In this document: positions 46,670 through 55,847 of the stretch, one piece after another | Layout of the letters: each line of letters starts with the position of its first letter | Position numbering within the stretch: the stretch's first letter is position 1 | NCBI GenBank assembly: GCA_034431475.1 | Contig: DAOUDE010000108.1 | Location: forward strand, 48,882-112,881 | Source of the DNA: Thermomicrobiales bacterium | Lineage (GTDB): Bacteria > Chloroflexota > Chloroflexia > Thermomicrobiales > UBA6265 | Direction: 5' to 3' | Length of the DNA: 64,000 bases | Translations under genes and position numbers: made by a program | Notes under the pieces: generated by a model | Database searches by the model: none | What the model was told of the DNA's origin: nothing | What the model saw: the letters and a program-made list of their open reading frames with translations, nothing else

Positions 46670-47848
46670 CTAGCCTGCGGCGGCCGCCCGGCGCATTTCC
46701 AGCCCCGGCACCACGGTGTTCGCCACGATCTCGCCGCCGGTCATGCCGAACGGCCCGGCTGCGGAGCTATATGACGCAGCGCGGTCAGGCTGTGACTGCA
46801 AGTTCAGCTTTGGGAAAACCAGCTCGGCGAAGCGGTAGGCCTCTTCCAGGTGCGGGTAGCCACTGAAGATGAAGGTGTCGATCCCGGCGGCCTCGTACTC
46901 GTGCATGCGCTCGGCAACGGTGTCCGCATCTCCAACCAGCGCCGTCCCGGCGCCACCGCGCACCAGCCCCACGCCCGCCCACAGGTTCGGGCTAATCTCC
47001 AGGTGCTCCCGGGAACCCCGGTGCAGCGTGGCCATCCGGCGCTGCCCATGCGAGTCCATGCGGGCGAAGACCGCCTGAGCCCTGGCGATGGTGGCCTCGT
47101 CAACGCGGCTGATCAGGTCGTCGGCATCGCGCCACGCGTCTTCGTCCGTCTCCCGCACGATCACATGCAGGCGAATGCCAAAGCGCAGCGTGCGCCCTTC
47201 GGCTGCGGCCAACTCACGGACTGCGGCGATCTTCTCCGCCACCTGCGCGGGCGGCTCGCCCCAGGTCAGGTACATGTCAACGTGCTTCGCCGCCACCTGC
47301 TGCGCCGCCGGCGACGAGCCACCGAAGTAGAGCGGCGGGTGCGGCTTCTGCAGCCCCGGGATCAGCACCTTGCCACCCCGCACATCGAGGTGCTTGCCCT
47401 GGAAATCAACCGTCTCGCCGGCGAGCTCCTTGCGCCAGATAGTCAGGAACTCGTCGGTCATTTCGTAGCGTTCATCATGCGAGACATGCAGGCCGTCGCC
47501 GGCCAGCTCCACCGGGTCTCCGCCCGTCACGACGTTGATCAGGAGGCGGCCATCGCTGAGGCGGTCGAAGGTCGCGGCCATGCGTGCGGCCAGTGATGGC
47601 GACATCAGCCCTGGCCGGATGGCAACCAGGAACTTCAGCCGCTTCGTGAGCGGGATCATGCTGCTGGCGACCAGCCAGGCATCCTCACAGCTCGCGCCGG
47701 TCGGCAGGAGCACGCCCTCGTAGCCAAGGTCGTCCACCGCCTGCGCGATCTGCCGCATGTAGGCATGGCTGGTGGCCCGCCCGGCCTCGGATGTGCCCAG
47801 GTAGCGGCCGTCGCCGTGGGTGGGGATGAACCAGAACACGTGGGTCAT
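46670..47848 (-). CDS. ssuD: FMNH2-dependent alkanesulfonate monooxygenase
   Basis: ATG at 47848 ([18 protein letters not shown]...), a luciferase-like monooxygenase, 392 aa. The 65-aa upstream extension of the tracked ORF is R/S-rich junk. Confidence 0.9.
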   Translation of the reverse strand: MTHVFWFIPTHGDGRYLGTSEAGRATSHAYMRQIAQAVDDLGYEGVLLPTGASCEDAWLVASSMIPLTKRLKFLVAIRPGLMSPSLAARMAATFDRLSDGRLLINVVTGGDPVELAGDGLHVSHDERYEMTDEFLTIWRKELAGETVDFQGKHLDVRGGKVLIPGLQKPHPPLYFGGSSPAAQQVAAKHVDMYLTWGEPPAQVAEKIAAVRELAAAEGRTLRFGIRLHVIVRETDEDAWRDADDLISRVDEATIARAQAVFARMDSHGQRRMATLHRGSREHLEISPNLWAGVGLVRGGAGTALVGDADTVAERMHEYEAAGIDTFIFSGYPHLEEAYRFAELVFPKLNLQSQPDRAASYSSAAGPFGMTGGEIVANTVVPGLEMRRAAAAG

Positions 47849-47978
47849 GTACTCGCTCCTGTGCTGATGGTGCTGCGGTGACCGTGCGTCGCCCCTCTGC
47901 CTGTCATCGTGCGCCCGCCTTTCCCGGTCATCCTGAGGAACAAAGGATGACGATGCGGTGGTGACGCCGCCGCGAGCG

Positions 47979-48944
47979 CTAGGATTGCGGCAACAACGTC
48001 GCCGAGAAAATGTCGACCTTCTCGGGAAGCAAGCCGACGCCAAGAAAGAGATCGGCGAGTTGCTGCTGCTCCGCCGCGATCTCCGGGGTCAGGCGCTCAA
48101 CGCCGATCTCGCGCCGTTGCTCGACCGTCTTGATGACGTCCTCCGGCAGGCCCGTCTCCCCCGCAATCAGTTGCGCGACCTCGTCCAGGTTGTCCCGTGA
48201 CCATGCTTCAGACGCGTTCAGCGTGGTCTCCAGGACGTCGATCACCTCCGTGTTGCCGGTGACAAACGGGCGCGCAGCGACATAGAAGGCCCGAGGTTGG
48301 CCAATCTCGCGGCTGGTCGCGATCAGGCGCGGCCCGGACGCGGCTTCCTCGGCGGCGAGATATGGGTCCCAGATCGCCCAGGCATCGACGCTGCCGCCCT
48401 CAAAGGCGGCCTTCGCGTCGGCAGGCAGCAGGAAGGCCGGCTCGACATCGCCCCAGTCGAGCCCCACTGACTGCAGCGCGCGCACCAGGAGGGCATTTGC
48501 GCTGGAACCCTTGGCGACCGCGACCGTCTTGCCCTGCAGATCAGCGATGGACTGGATGGCGGAGTCCTGCGGCGCCAGGATGCCCTGCAGTTCGCCATTG
48601 GCAACCGTCGCTAGCACGTAAACCAGGTCGGCGCCAGCCGCCTGCGCGAAGATCGGCGGCGGTGCGCCGACGTACCCCAGGTCAAGGGCGCCCGCGTTCA
48701 AGGCTTCCAACATCGGTATGCCAGCCTGGAACTCCGTCCAGGTTACGGTGTAGCCAAGGTCCTCCAGGCGCTTCTGGAAATCACCCTGCGCCTTGAGCAC
48801 CGTCAGGCTGACGCCGCCCTTCTGGTACCCGATGCGCGCCTCCTTACCCTGGGCGCGTGTGGACAGGGCGGGAACCTGGGCGGCAGCCAGGGCCGCCGCG
48901 ACGCCAAGCAGAATCTGACGGCGGTTCGAATGGATCTGCGACAC
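47979..48944 (-). CDS. ssuA: Sulfonate ABC substrate-binding protein (paralogue 2)
   Basis: GTG at 48944 after GGAGG. Tat-like leader [36 protein letters not shown]...[27 protein letters not shown] parallels the upstream paralogue. Confidence 0.8.
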   Translation of the reverse strand: MSQIHSNRRQILLGVAAALAAAQVPALSTRAQGKEARIGYQKGGVSLTVLKAQGDFQKRLEDLGYTVTWTEFQAGIPMLEALNAGALDLGYVGAPPPIFAQAAGADLVYVLATVANGELQGILAPQDSAIQSIADLQGKTVAVAKGSSANALLVRALQSVGLDWGDVEPAFLLPADAKAAFEGGSVDAWAIWDPYLAAEEAASGPRLIATSREIGQPRAFYVAARPFVTGNTEVIDVLETTLNASEAWSRDNLDEVAQLIAGETGLPEDVIKTVEQRREIGVERLTPEIAAEQQQLADLFLGVGLLPEKVDIFSATLLPQS

Positions 48945-48990
48945 GTAAACCTCCGGTACTGTGTTTCGACGACGGATGAGTGTGGGGATC

Positions 48991-49998
48991 TCAGGAAGTA
49001 GGGGTAGCAACCGTGAGGACGGCGCTGGCGATATCGACCTGTTCGGGGAGCAGACCCAGATCGAAGAACATGTCGGCCAGTTCCTGCTGTTCCGCGACAA
49101 TTTCCGGCGTGATGGGCTCGATCCCGTAGGCCGAGCGCTGCTCGACTTTGAGCTGAGTGGCCACATCAATACCGGTCTCACCGGCCACAAGGTCGGCCAC
49201 TTCCTCGGGGTGCGCGCCCGCCCAGGCATCAGAGGTTTCCAGCGCGGCGATGATGAGCGCAAGGGCCTCCGCGTGTTCCGTCGCGAAGGCGCGGGAGGCC
49301 AGGTAGAAGCTGCGGTTGGTGTGGTTGGCGGTCGTGCCGTCGGCAATGGAGCGAGCGTTGCTGGTGTCCTCTGCCACAGCGGCGTAAGGATCCCAGATCG
49401 CCCAGGCATCGATTGCACCGCCATCGAAGGCCGCCTTGGCATCGGCCGGCAGCAGGAAGACCGCCTCGACATCGTCCCAGGCCAGGCCGGTGCTCTCCAG
49501 CGCATAGGCGAGGAAGGCGTTGGCGCTGGAGCCCTTGGCGACGGCCACCTTCTTTCCTTTCAGGTCTGCGACCGTCTGGATCGTCGAATCCTGCGGTACC
49601 AGAATCCCTTCCTCCAGGGGAGAAGGCGTGGCGGCGGCGGCGTAGATGAGATCTGCGCCGGCGGCCTGGGCGAAAATTGGCGGCGGCGCGCCAGTGGTGC
49701 CGAAATCGAGCGCGCCGGCGTTCAGGGCCTCCAACAGGGGCACCCCCGCCTGGAACTCGGTCCAGGTCACGGTGTAACCGAGCGGCTCCAGCGCAGGACC
49801 CAGCAAATCCTGCGCTTTCAGCAGCAGCAGGTTGGACGAGCCCTTCTGGTAGCCGATACGGACCTCTCCGCCGTCCGCGCGGGCAGACGCAGGAAGGACC
49901 GCGAACGACGGGAGCGCGGCCACGCCAGCCGCAGCCAGGCTTGCCCGCAACAGTGTGCGCCGGGTCCGCCGGAACGCCACGAGATGAGACCGGGTCAT
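48991..49998 (-). CDS. ssuA: Sulfonate ABC substrate-binding protein (paralogue 1)
   Basis: 335 aa. Tat-like leader FRRTRRTLLRASLAAAGVAAL. VRIGYQKGSSNLLLLKAQ...[24 protein letters not shown]. Confidence 0.85.
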   Translation of the reverse strand: MTRSHLVAFRRTRRTLLRASLAAAGVAALPSFAVLPASARADGGEVRIGYQKGSSNLLLLKAQDLLGPALEPLGYTVTWTEFQAGVPLLEALNAGALDFGTTGAPPPIFAQAAGADLIYAAAATPSPLEEGILVPQDSTIQTVADLKGKKVAVAKGSSANAFLAYALESTGLAWDDVEAVFLLPADAKAAFDGGAIDAWAIWDPYAAVAEDTSNARSIADGTTANHTNRSFYLASRAFATEHAEALALIIAALETSDAWAGAHPEEVADLVAGETGIDVATQLKVEQRSAYGIEPITPEIVAEQQELADMFFDLGLLPEQVDIASAVLTVATPTS

Positions 49999-50564
49999 AC
50001 CGCAATCTCCAGGCCCTGCGCCGCCTGGTCGCGGCGATGCAGCACGTCCTGCTCCAGCGCATCGAGCGCGCGGAGCAACCGCGAATCAGCGAGGTCGTTC
50101 AGGTAGCGCAACTGGTTGCCTTCGCGGGCAAAGTCACCATTCAGCAGGCAGACACCCGGCAGGAACGTGGCGGCGCCAAGCGCCGAGAGCACCGGCTTCA
50201 GCGCGTAATCCAGCACCAGGCAGTGCGCCAGCGATCCGGCGGTGGATATGGGAAGAACGCCCTTGCCGGTGAGCGCCCCGGCCGGGAGCAGATCGAGGAA
50301 CGCCTTCAGCACCCCGGAATACGCGGCCTTGTAGACAGGTGTGGCCACGATAACGACGTGCGCCTGTTCCACCAGGGCGGTGGCATGGCGCACCGCGGGA
50401 TCATCGAACTGTGCCCAGAGAAGCGCCGCAGGGGGAAAGTCCCGCAGGTTGACGGCCGCGGTGGTCAGGCCACGGCGCTCCAGGACTTCGCGGGCGGCGT
50501 CCAGGGCTGCCGCGCACCGGGAAGGGGCGGCGGGACTACCCGCGATGGTGACGACATCGAGCAT
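49995..50564 (-). CDS. ssuE: NAD(P)H-dependent FMN reductase
   Basis: 189 aa. VVTIAGSPAAPSR...VVIVATPVYKAAYSGVLKAFLDLLP. 4-nt overlap with ssuA. GGAGG Shine-Dalgarno. Confidence 0.85.
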   Translation of the reverse strand: MLDVVTIAGSPAAPSRCAAALDAAREVLERRGLTTAAVNLRDFPPAALLWAQFDDPAVRHATALVEQAHVVIVATPVYKAAYSGVLKAFLDLLPAGALTGKGVLPISTAGSLAHCLVLDYALKPVLSALGAATFLPGVCLLNGDFAREGNQLRYLNDLADSRLLRALDALEQDVLHRRDQAAQGLEIAV

Positions 50565-50602
50565 GGAACCTCCAGCACCACGAGAAACTTGACTAACTCA
50601 TA

Positions 50603-50634
50603 TTGTCCACCAACAAAATGGACTTAGTGGACAT
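50603..50634. promoter_or_regulatory. Candidate operator at the ssu proximal promoter
   Basis: TTGTCCAC-caacaaa-ATGGAC-tta-GTGGACAT. This is GTCCAC-N7-aTGGAC plus an extra GTGGAC half-site that overlaps the -10 hexamer. Confidence 0.5.
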
Positions 50635-50659
50635 TATCACCCGGGTGCGGGAGAGTCAA
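50631..50659 (-). promoter_or_regulatory. Putative proximal promoter (P1) of the ssu operon
   Basis: The minus strand reads TTGACT (50659-50654), 17 nt, then TAATGT (50636-50631), about 70 nt upstream of the ssuE ATG. Confidence 0.5.
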
Positions 50660-51002
50660 GGGGCCAGGTGTCCAGGGGAAGCGGTCAGCCAGCGGGGCAA
50701 GCGTTGCCTGATGACCGTCACCGTGATCGCTTCGCGGCACGGCAGGCTGAACCAGCGGCCCCGCACAGCGAATGGTCACCTTCGAGGGAAGACGGCCTGC
50801 AGGCCGTCTTCCCCGAGCGCAGCGGTTCCCACGCGCACGCGCGCCAGAAGCCCGGCTGGGACCGGGCTCCTGGCATGAGCTGGGAGATGGGATGGAGGTA
50901 ACGGCTGGGGAAGGGCGCCGCTTTCAGTTTGGCCAAGAGGGGGGCAGGTCCGCCGGGGAGGGGATGAGGGCGACGTCCCTGCCTGCGCTCTTGTTGTCCT
51001 CT

Positions 51003-51025
51003 TTGTCCACCAATTTAGTGGACTA
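51003..51025. promoter_or_regulatory. Candidate operator at the ssu distal promoter
   Basis: TTGTCCAC-caattta-GTGGACTA (GTCCAC-N7-GTGGAC with perfect arms), beginning 6 nt downstream of the -10. Confidence 0.5.
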
Positions 51026-51030
51026 TTGGC

Positions 51031-51059
51031 ATCATATGGCATTCCCGAGAGGATGTCAA
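51031..51059 (-). promoter_or_regulatory. Putative distal promoter (P2) upstream of ssu
   Basis: The minus strand reads TTGACA (51059-51054), 17 nt, then TATGAT (51036-51031). This is the best consensus match in the window. Confidence 0.55.
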
Positions 51060-51079
51060 CCCCTTGATCATGCCCGGTG

Positions 51080-51772
51080 CTAACGCTCCGCCACCGCCAG
51101 GCGCACGCCCAGCGCCACGAAGGCGGCCGCGAAGCTGCGCCGCAGCCAGGCCACCGCCCGCGGCCGCGACACGATCTGCAGGCGCAGGGCGGCCGCCAGG
51201 AGTCCATAGACCACGAACACTGCCAGTGTCAGCGCCATGAACACGCCGCTCAGCCCCAGCATCCGGGTCAGGAACTGCGGATCATCCGCGTGCACGAACT
51301 GCGGCAGGAAGGCGAAGAAGAAAATGGCCAGCTTGGGGTTGAGCGCGTTGACCAGGATGGCGGACTGGATCACCTCCCGGTCTGACGAGCCGGTGGCGCC
51401 GGTCTCGATCGTGAAGCCGCTCTTGTCGCGGATCGTGACCCAGGCCATGTACAGCAGGTAGATGACCCCCAGCAGCTTGAGCGCCTGGAAAGCCATCGCG
51501 CTGGCATACAGCAGCGCCGCCACCCCGCAGATGGCCGCGGCCAGGTGGGGCACGATCCCCACCGTGCAGCCGATGGCCGCCATCACGCTGGCGCGCTGCC
51601 CCCGGGAAATCCCGGCCGTCAGGGTGTAAAGCACCCCGGGCCCCGGCGTAATCACCAGGATCAACGAAGTGATCAGGAACTCCGTGCTCACGCGCCCCCT
51701 TTTGCCTGGCTCTGCCGAACGCTGATCTCCTGTGCAATAGCGGGCGGGCAGCGTACTGGTTTCACCGGCCAT
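51080..51772 (-). CDS. LysE/RhtB family amino-acid exporter
   Basis: FLITSLILVITPGPGVLYT motif with five to six TM segments. The likely true start is GTG 51691 (VSTEFLI). Confidence 0.85.
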   Translation of the reverse strand: MAGETSTLPARYCTGDQRSAEPGKRGRVSTEFLITSLILVITPGPGVLYTLTAGISRGQRASVMAAIGCTVGIVPHLAAAICGVAALLYASAMAFQALKLLGVIYLLYMAWVTIRDKSGFTIETGATGSSDREVIQSAILVNALNPKLAIFFFAFLPQFVHADDPQFLTRMLGLSGVFMALTLAVFVVYGLLAAALRLQIVSRPRAVAWLRRSFAAAFVALGVRLAVAER

Positions 51773-51847
51773 GCCGCCACCCCGGCCTGACCGCCGCTGG
51801 CTCAGTGCATAGAGGGTTGCCGCGTGCAGTAACGGTTCGCGAGCGAA

Positions 51848-52186
51848 TCAGCCGCGTTCGCGGATCCCGGTGATCTTGACCAGGTCATGAATGAGCAGAT
51901 CTGGATCTACCGTCAGGAACGCGGTCCGGGCAAAATCGACCGCACCGTTCTCCCAGTCGAACTGCTCATTGGGATACGATGCCAGCATGTATCGCAGCGA
52001 CCCTGTTCCGGTCTCGTTGCGCATGGCAACAAGCCGGGTGGCGTCGCTGCTGCGGCCGATGGCATCCAGCTGCCACAGCAGGATACTGGTGCCCTTGTCC
52101 AACGGGTGTTGCGCCAGGCGCTCGGACACAGCCTCCCACCAGGCGAGGTACACCCTCGCGGGAACCAGTCGGGGAGTATCAGTCAT
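51848..52186 (-). CDS. Hypothetical protein (112 aa)
   Basis: ATG at 52186 (MTDTPRLVPARVYLAWWEAV...). The sequence looks ordinary. The long upstream extension of the tracked ORF looks non-coding. Confidence 0.55.
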   Translation of the reverse strand: MTDTPRLVPARVYLAWWEAVSERLAQHPLDKGTSILLWQLDAIGRSSDATRLVAMRNETGTGSLRYMLASYPNEQFDWENGAVDFARTAFLTVDPDLLIHDLVKITGIRERG

Positions 52187-52426
52187 GGTGTGCTCTCCAG
52201 GCTCACGGCAGACATCGGTTACTGCCCGCGTACGCAAAATCTGGCCCAGCGTCGTGCGCGGGGCGTGGCTACTCTGGACCGCATCTTGCATCCTCGGGTA
52301 CGGCTGCCCAGGAGATGGCTGCTTTTCCCGTGCCCGGCGAACTCCCCGGCCAGGGGATGTCGTTGCTGGCCGTGAGCCTTCCACCAGTTGTCCACGCAGG
52401 CATTTCCAGGCGTGAGGAGCTACACC

Positions 52427-52762
52427 ATGACGGATATGACAGATGTCGAAGCCAGCATCGCGGCGCCGCCCCGGGTCCTGGTGATCTTTCGTCGCATGGA
52501 GGATCTGCGGTCGGGCCTGCAGGAGCGGCAGGCGAGCCTGGAGGGCGGAGCACCGCTGATCGCCACCGAGGATGAGGTCCGGCAGTACGAGCTCCTGCTC
52601 GGGGACTTGCGGAACGAGGGGCTGGAGATAGCAGCCTGGCACGAGCCGGATCCGGATGTCAGCGGCGCGGTGTCGGGCGTGCAACTCCTGGATTCGCTCG
52701 ACGTCCTGATCAAGCTCCAGGAAGACGCCACCGATACGCGGCTCCCCGCCGGGTCTTCCTGA
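52427..52762 (+). CDS. Hypothetical acidic protein (111 aa)
   Basis: GAGGAG Shine-Dalgarno before the ATG at 52427 (MTDMTDVEASIAAPP...). Confidence 0.55.
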   Translation: MTDMTDVEASIAAPPRVLVIFRRMEDLRSGLQERQASLEGGAPLIATEDEVRQYELLLGDLRNEGLEIAAWHEPDPDVSGAVSGVQLLDSLDVLIKLQEDATDTRLPAGSS

Positions 52763-52784
52763 CGCCCGTCAAGGAGGCGCACGG

Positions 52785-53165
52785 ATGGCGACACCCGGCA
52801 ACCTGGCCGTCACGACGTTCACCATCAGCTCGCCCGATCCACCGGCACTGGCCCGCTTCTACGCCCGGCTGCTGGAGTGGGAGATCGGCGCGGAGGAGCC
52901 GGGCTGGGTCACGCTGCTCAACCCGGCGGGCGAGGTGAAGCTGGCGTTCCACATCGAGGATGTGTACACGCCGCCTGTCTGGCCTTCGCAGCCGGGCAAG
53001 CAGATCATCATGGAGCACCTGGATATCCGGGTCGATGACCTGCCAGCAGCGTGTGCCCACGCGCAAGCCTGCGGCGCGCGCCTGGCTGACTACCAGCCCC
53101 AGGAGACGGTCCGCGTCCACCTCGATCCGGACGGCCACATCTTTTGCCTCTACCTCGATGAGTAA
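52785..53165 (+). CDS. VOC (glyoxalase/bleomycin-resistance/dioxygenase) family protein
   Basis: 126 aa, AGGAGG Shine-Dalgarno. Beta-alpha-beta-beta-beta module pattern (FYARLLEWEI...HLDIRVDDL...VHLDPDGHIFCLY). Confidence 0.75.
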   Translation: MATPGNLAVTTFTISSPDPPALARFYARLLEWEIGAEEPGWVTLLNPAGEVKLAFHIEDVYTPPVWPSQPGKQIIMEHLDIRVDDLPAACAHAQACGARLADYQPQETVRVHLDPDGHIFCLYLDE

Positions 53166-53340
53166 AGCGAGTGGCAAGAGACCTGGCCATCGGCGACAAC
53201 CGCGTGTCTAGCGCTGCCCGGCCGCCAATTACATGGTGCTGCTACATGGTTCAAACGATGTGCCGGGTGTGCTCCTCCGGGATGATGTGGGCCAGAGATT
53301 GGCGAGGGCCGATCCGCACCAGAAGGGTATGCACCTCACA

Positions 53341-53604
53341 ATGGAACGCACATCATCAACGCGCCGTCGATTGGCGCAGGTCGCGGCCGTGGGCGCGGTA
53401 GCGCTCGTCCTGGCCGGAGCAACGACCCACTCAGCCGACGCGATGCGGCGGCGAGATGCCGTCGGCGGCGCGAACATGGCCGTTGGCGGGTGCTTCAACG
53501 GCGGCGGTTCCCCCGATTCCTACGAATATGGCGGAACCATCTACGTTTCCTGCACCTACGAGGACGGTTCTGTCGTGACGGTCGATTTCCCCTACGGAAA
53601 CTGA
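53341..53604 (+). CDS. Small secreted protein (87 aa), unknown function
   Basis: Leader MERTSSTRRRLAQVAAVGAVALVLAGATTHSADA, then a G-rich beta-type tail (GGTIYVSCTYEDGSVVTVDFPYGN). Confidence 0.55.
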   Translation: MERTSSTRRRLAQVAAVGAVALVLAGATTHSADAMRRRDAVGGANMAVGGCFNGGGSPDSYEYGGTIYVSCTYEDGSVVTVDFPYGN

Positions 53605-53713
53605 TCGCGCCCTCCAGTTCCGCTCTGGCCACGTGTGAACCGTCGGATCTGGAGCATCCTTGTCACGCGATGCCAGGCTGTGGCATGCCACGGCCTGGCA
53701 TGTTCCCCGCCGG

Positions 53714-54493
53714 TCACCCCCCGATCTTCCGCACCTTCCAGATTTCCTCGCACGGCCACTGGCGCGCCCACTCGGGGGTTACGATCTCGTAGGTGGTGGT
53801 TGCGTCGTCGGGGATCTGGACTTCGATGAGGTCCTCGATCTCGAAGCCGCTCTGGCGCAGCAGGCGGATCATCTCGCCGTGCGGGAGGTGGAACTCCACA
53901 CCGCCATCGGGCCAATCGAAGCGGTGCATCCCGAAAAGCGGGCGCTCCAGGCGCTCGCTGGCGGGCGTGCTGTCGTCGGCGTCGGGCGGGGTGGTCAGCA
54001 TCACCAGGAGCCCGTTGCCCAGGAAGTGCAACCGCCCTCCCGGGCGCAGGAGGCGCGCTGCTTCCGGAATCCACTTGTACGGGTCACACCAGATCGCCGC
54101 ACCGTACTCGCTGATGGCGAAATCAAAGCTGGCGTCCGGGAAGGGCGTGGCCTCGGCGTTCCCGAGGTGCAGCGGAAACGCCATCCCGAACTCCGCCTGC
54201 AGATCCCGCGCCGTTGCCAGTTGCTGCGGGGAATTGTCGATGCCGACCGGGCGCGCCCCACGCCGCGCCAGCCACGCGGAGACGTAGCCCGTCCCGCAGC
54301 CAAGCTCGATGGCATCTTTCCCTGCCAGATCGTCCGGCAGCATGCGGAGCTCGGTCTCGGGTACGCCGAAAATGCCCCAGGTTGGAGCATCCTCGCCCCA
54401 GGCGCGGCGACCAGCCGCCGCGTAGTCTGCCGCCATCCTGTCCCAGGCGGCCCGGTTGTGCGCGACGTAATCCGGCATCTCGCGGTCAGTCAT
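53714..54493 (-). CDS. Class I SAM-dependent methyltransferase
   Basis: 259 aa. Motif I AIELGCGTGYVSAWLARRGARPVGIDNS and post-I/II segments (LLRPGGRLHFL). Confidence 0.85.
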   Translation of the reverse strand: MTDREMPDYVAHNRAAWDRMAADYAAAGRRAWGEDAPTWGIFGVPETELRMLPDDLAGKDAIELGCGTGYVSAWLARRGARPVGIDNSPQQLATARDLQAEFGMAFPLHLGNAEATPFPDASFDFAISEYGAAIWCDPYKWIPEAARLLRPGGRLHFLGNGLLVMLTTPPDADDSTPASERLERPLFGMHRFDWPDGGVEFHLPHGEMIRLLRQSGFEIEDLIEVQIPDDATTTYEIVTPEWARQWPCEEIWKVRKIGG

Positions 54494-54569
54494 CGTCGTC
54501 CTCCGCAGCGAAAACGGGAGCGGTCAGGTAACCGCTCCCGTGAGTCATCTCCGCCTGGTTGTGCGGGCG

Positions 54570-55610
54570 TCAGCCTCCGATGGCGCGGCCGTTGCCATCA
54601 TCCATGCTGATGTTGGTGGTCGTGGTTTCGCTCATGGTCTGATCGGTCATGGTTACCGGAGCGGTGTAGGCTGGCTCGGTGTAGACCGGCTCCACGTAGG
54701 TGGTTTCGGTGTAGACCGGCTCCGCCGCCGGCGCCGGGCCGCCCGTCACGTTCAGGGAGGGCGCTTCGTAGATCACGGTTTCGCCCTGCACGCCGCCAGT
54801 GTTGATATCGCCGTAGATGACGGTCTCGCCGGTGCCATCTGCCACCGGGTTATTGCCCGTGGCCGTGGCGGCGCGGCCATCGGCATCCACCGCGTTCTGC
54901 GGCAGTTCCACGACGTTGCCGTTCGTGGTCACGGTGCCCGGCTCCTGCCAGGTGGTGGTGCTGCCGCTCAGGTCGCCGTTGCCAGAAACCTCTGCCGCGT
55001 TCGGGTCGATCAGCGGCGGCGGCTCCGCGGCCAAGGTGTCAACCGGGGCCGCATCCACCGGAACAGCCTCGACCGGCGCCTGCTCCACCGGCGCCGCCTG
55101 CACCGGCGCGCCGCCACCGCCACCGAAATCGGTGGTCCAGTACCAGCCGTAGTGCGAGTTCTCGTTGTAGACGCGGCCGATCCCGATCTCGGTGAAGTTC
55201 GGGTTGCGCATGCCGGCGTCATGATCCGGGCTGTTCTGCCAGGCGATCATCACTTCCTGCGCGCTGGCCATGCCGGCGGCGATGTTCTCGCCCGTGGTCG
55301 TGCCCGTGTAGCCAAAGTTGCGCATGTTGGTGCCGGGGTCGGTGCCATCGAAGAGGTAGTGATCGAAGTAGTTGTTCGTGGCCATGTCGTAGCTGTGGTA
55401 ATCCGCAGCCGCGCCAAGCTGGTAGTTCAGCGACAGCGCACCCAGCCCAAGGCTGGCACGGTAGCCATTGATGAGGTCGAGGAAGGCCATCTCCTGGTCG
55501 TCCGGGGCGTAGCCGCTGTCCTGTGCGTGAACGGTGACCGCCGGGCTGACCACGGCCAGCATGCCAAAAACCAGCATGAGGCTGGCAAACACCACTGCGA
55601 CGCGGCGCAT
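54570..55610 (-). CDS. Secreted CAP/SCP (PR-1-like, YkwD-type) domain protein with P/V/A/T-rich repeat tail
   Basis: ATG at 55610 after GGAAGGGAAGGGAG, with a signal peptide. CAP core (LINGYRASLGL..L..N..L..AA..HS.DM....YF.H....G...NIAAG...A..VM.AWQNSPDH..GMRNP.FTEIGIG). Tail repeats PVQAAPVEQAPVEAVPVDAAPVD and EPVYTE. Confidence 0.8.
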   Translation of the reverse strand: MRRVAVVFASLMLVFGMLAVVSPAVTVHAQDSGYAPDDQEMAFLDLINGYRASLGLGALSLNYQLGAAADYHSYDMATNNYFDHYLFDGTDPGTNMRNFGYTGTTTGENIAAGMASAQEVMIAWQNSPDHDAGMRNPNFTEIGIGRVYNENSHYGWYWTTDFGGGGGAPVQAAPVEQAPVEAVPVDAAPVDTLAAEPPPLIDPNAAEVSGNGDLSGSTTTWQEPGTVTTNGNVVELPQNAVDADGRAATATGNNPVADGTGETVIYGDINTGGVQGETVIYEAPSLNVTGGPAPAAEPVYTETTYVEPVYTEPAYTAPVTMTDQTMSETTTTNISMDDGNGRAIGG

Positions 55611-55847
55611 TGCTCCCTTCCCTTCCAAACCTGTCCACAGACGGTGCGGGCCGTCCTGCGGGTCTCTGGACAGGATTGCACCCGCGAGCGGAAGCAGGCA
55701 CAAGTGCATTGTGTTGAACAACGAGACATGTCCGCTGTGGGCAGACACACCATCCCTACAGAGGTTAACGCCTCGCCGTCACAAGCGGTTTCTTCGGCAA
55801 TAGCCCAAAAGTCATGGGCTGTTGCGGATGCGCCTCGTTTTCGTGGC

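Noticed and set aside
46670-49505. N-terminal extensions of the tracked ORFs for ssuD (to 48043) and ssuA paralogue 2 (to 49505); the same applies to 41812..43371, 43567..44835 and 51848..52684
   Set aside because: The extensions overlap the upstream genes or are R/P-rich. Internal starts with Shine-Dalgarno sequences and signal peptides (47848, 48944, 42648, 44682, 52186) give family-typical N-termini.
50718-50936. 72-aa ORF (TTG start) in the spacer between the two ssu promoters
   Set aside because: There is no Shine-Dalgarno sequence, and the start is weak. The composition is Cys/Arg/Ala-rich, and the ORF reads through the 12-bp hairpin.
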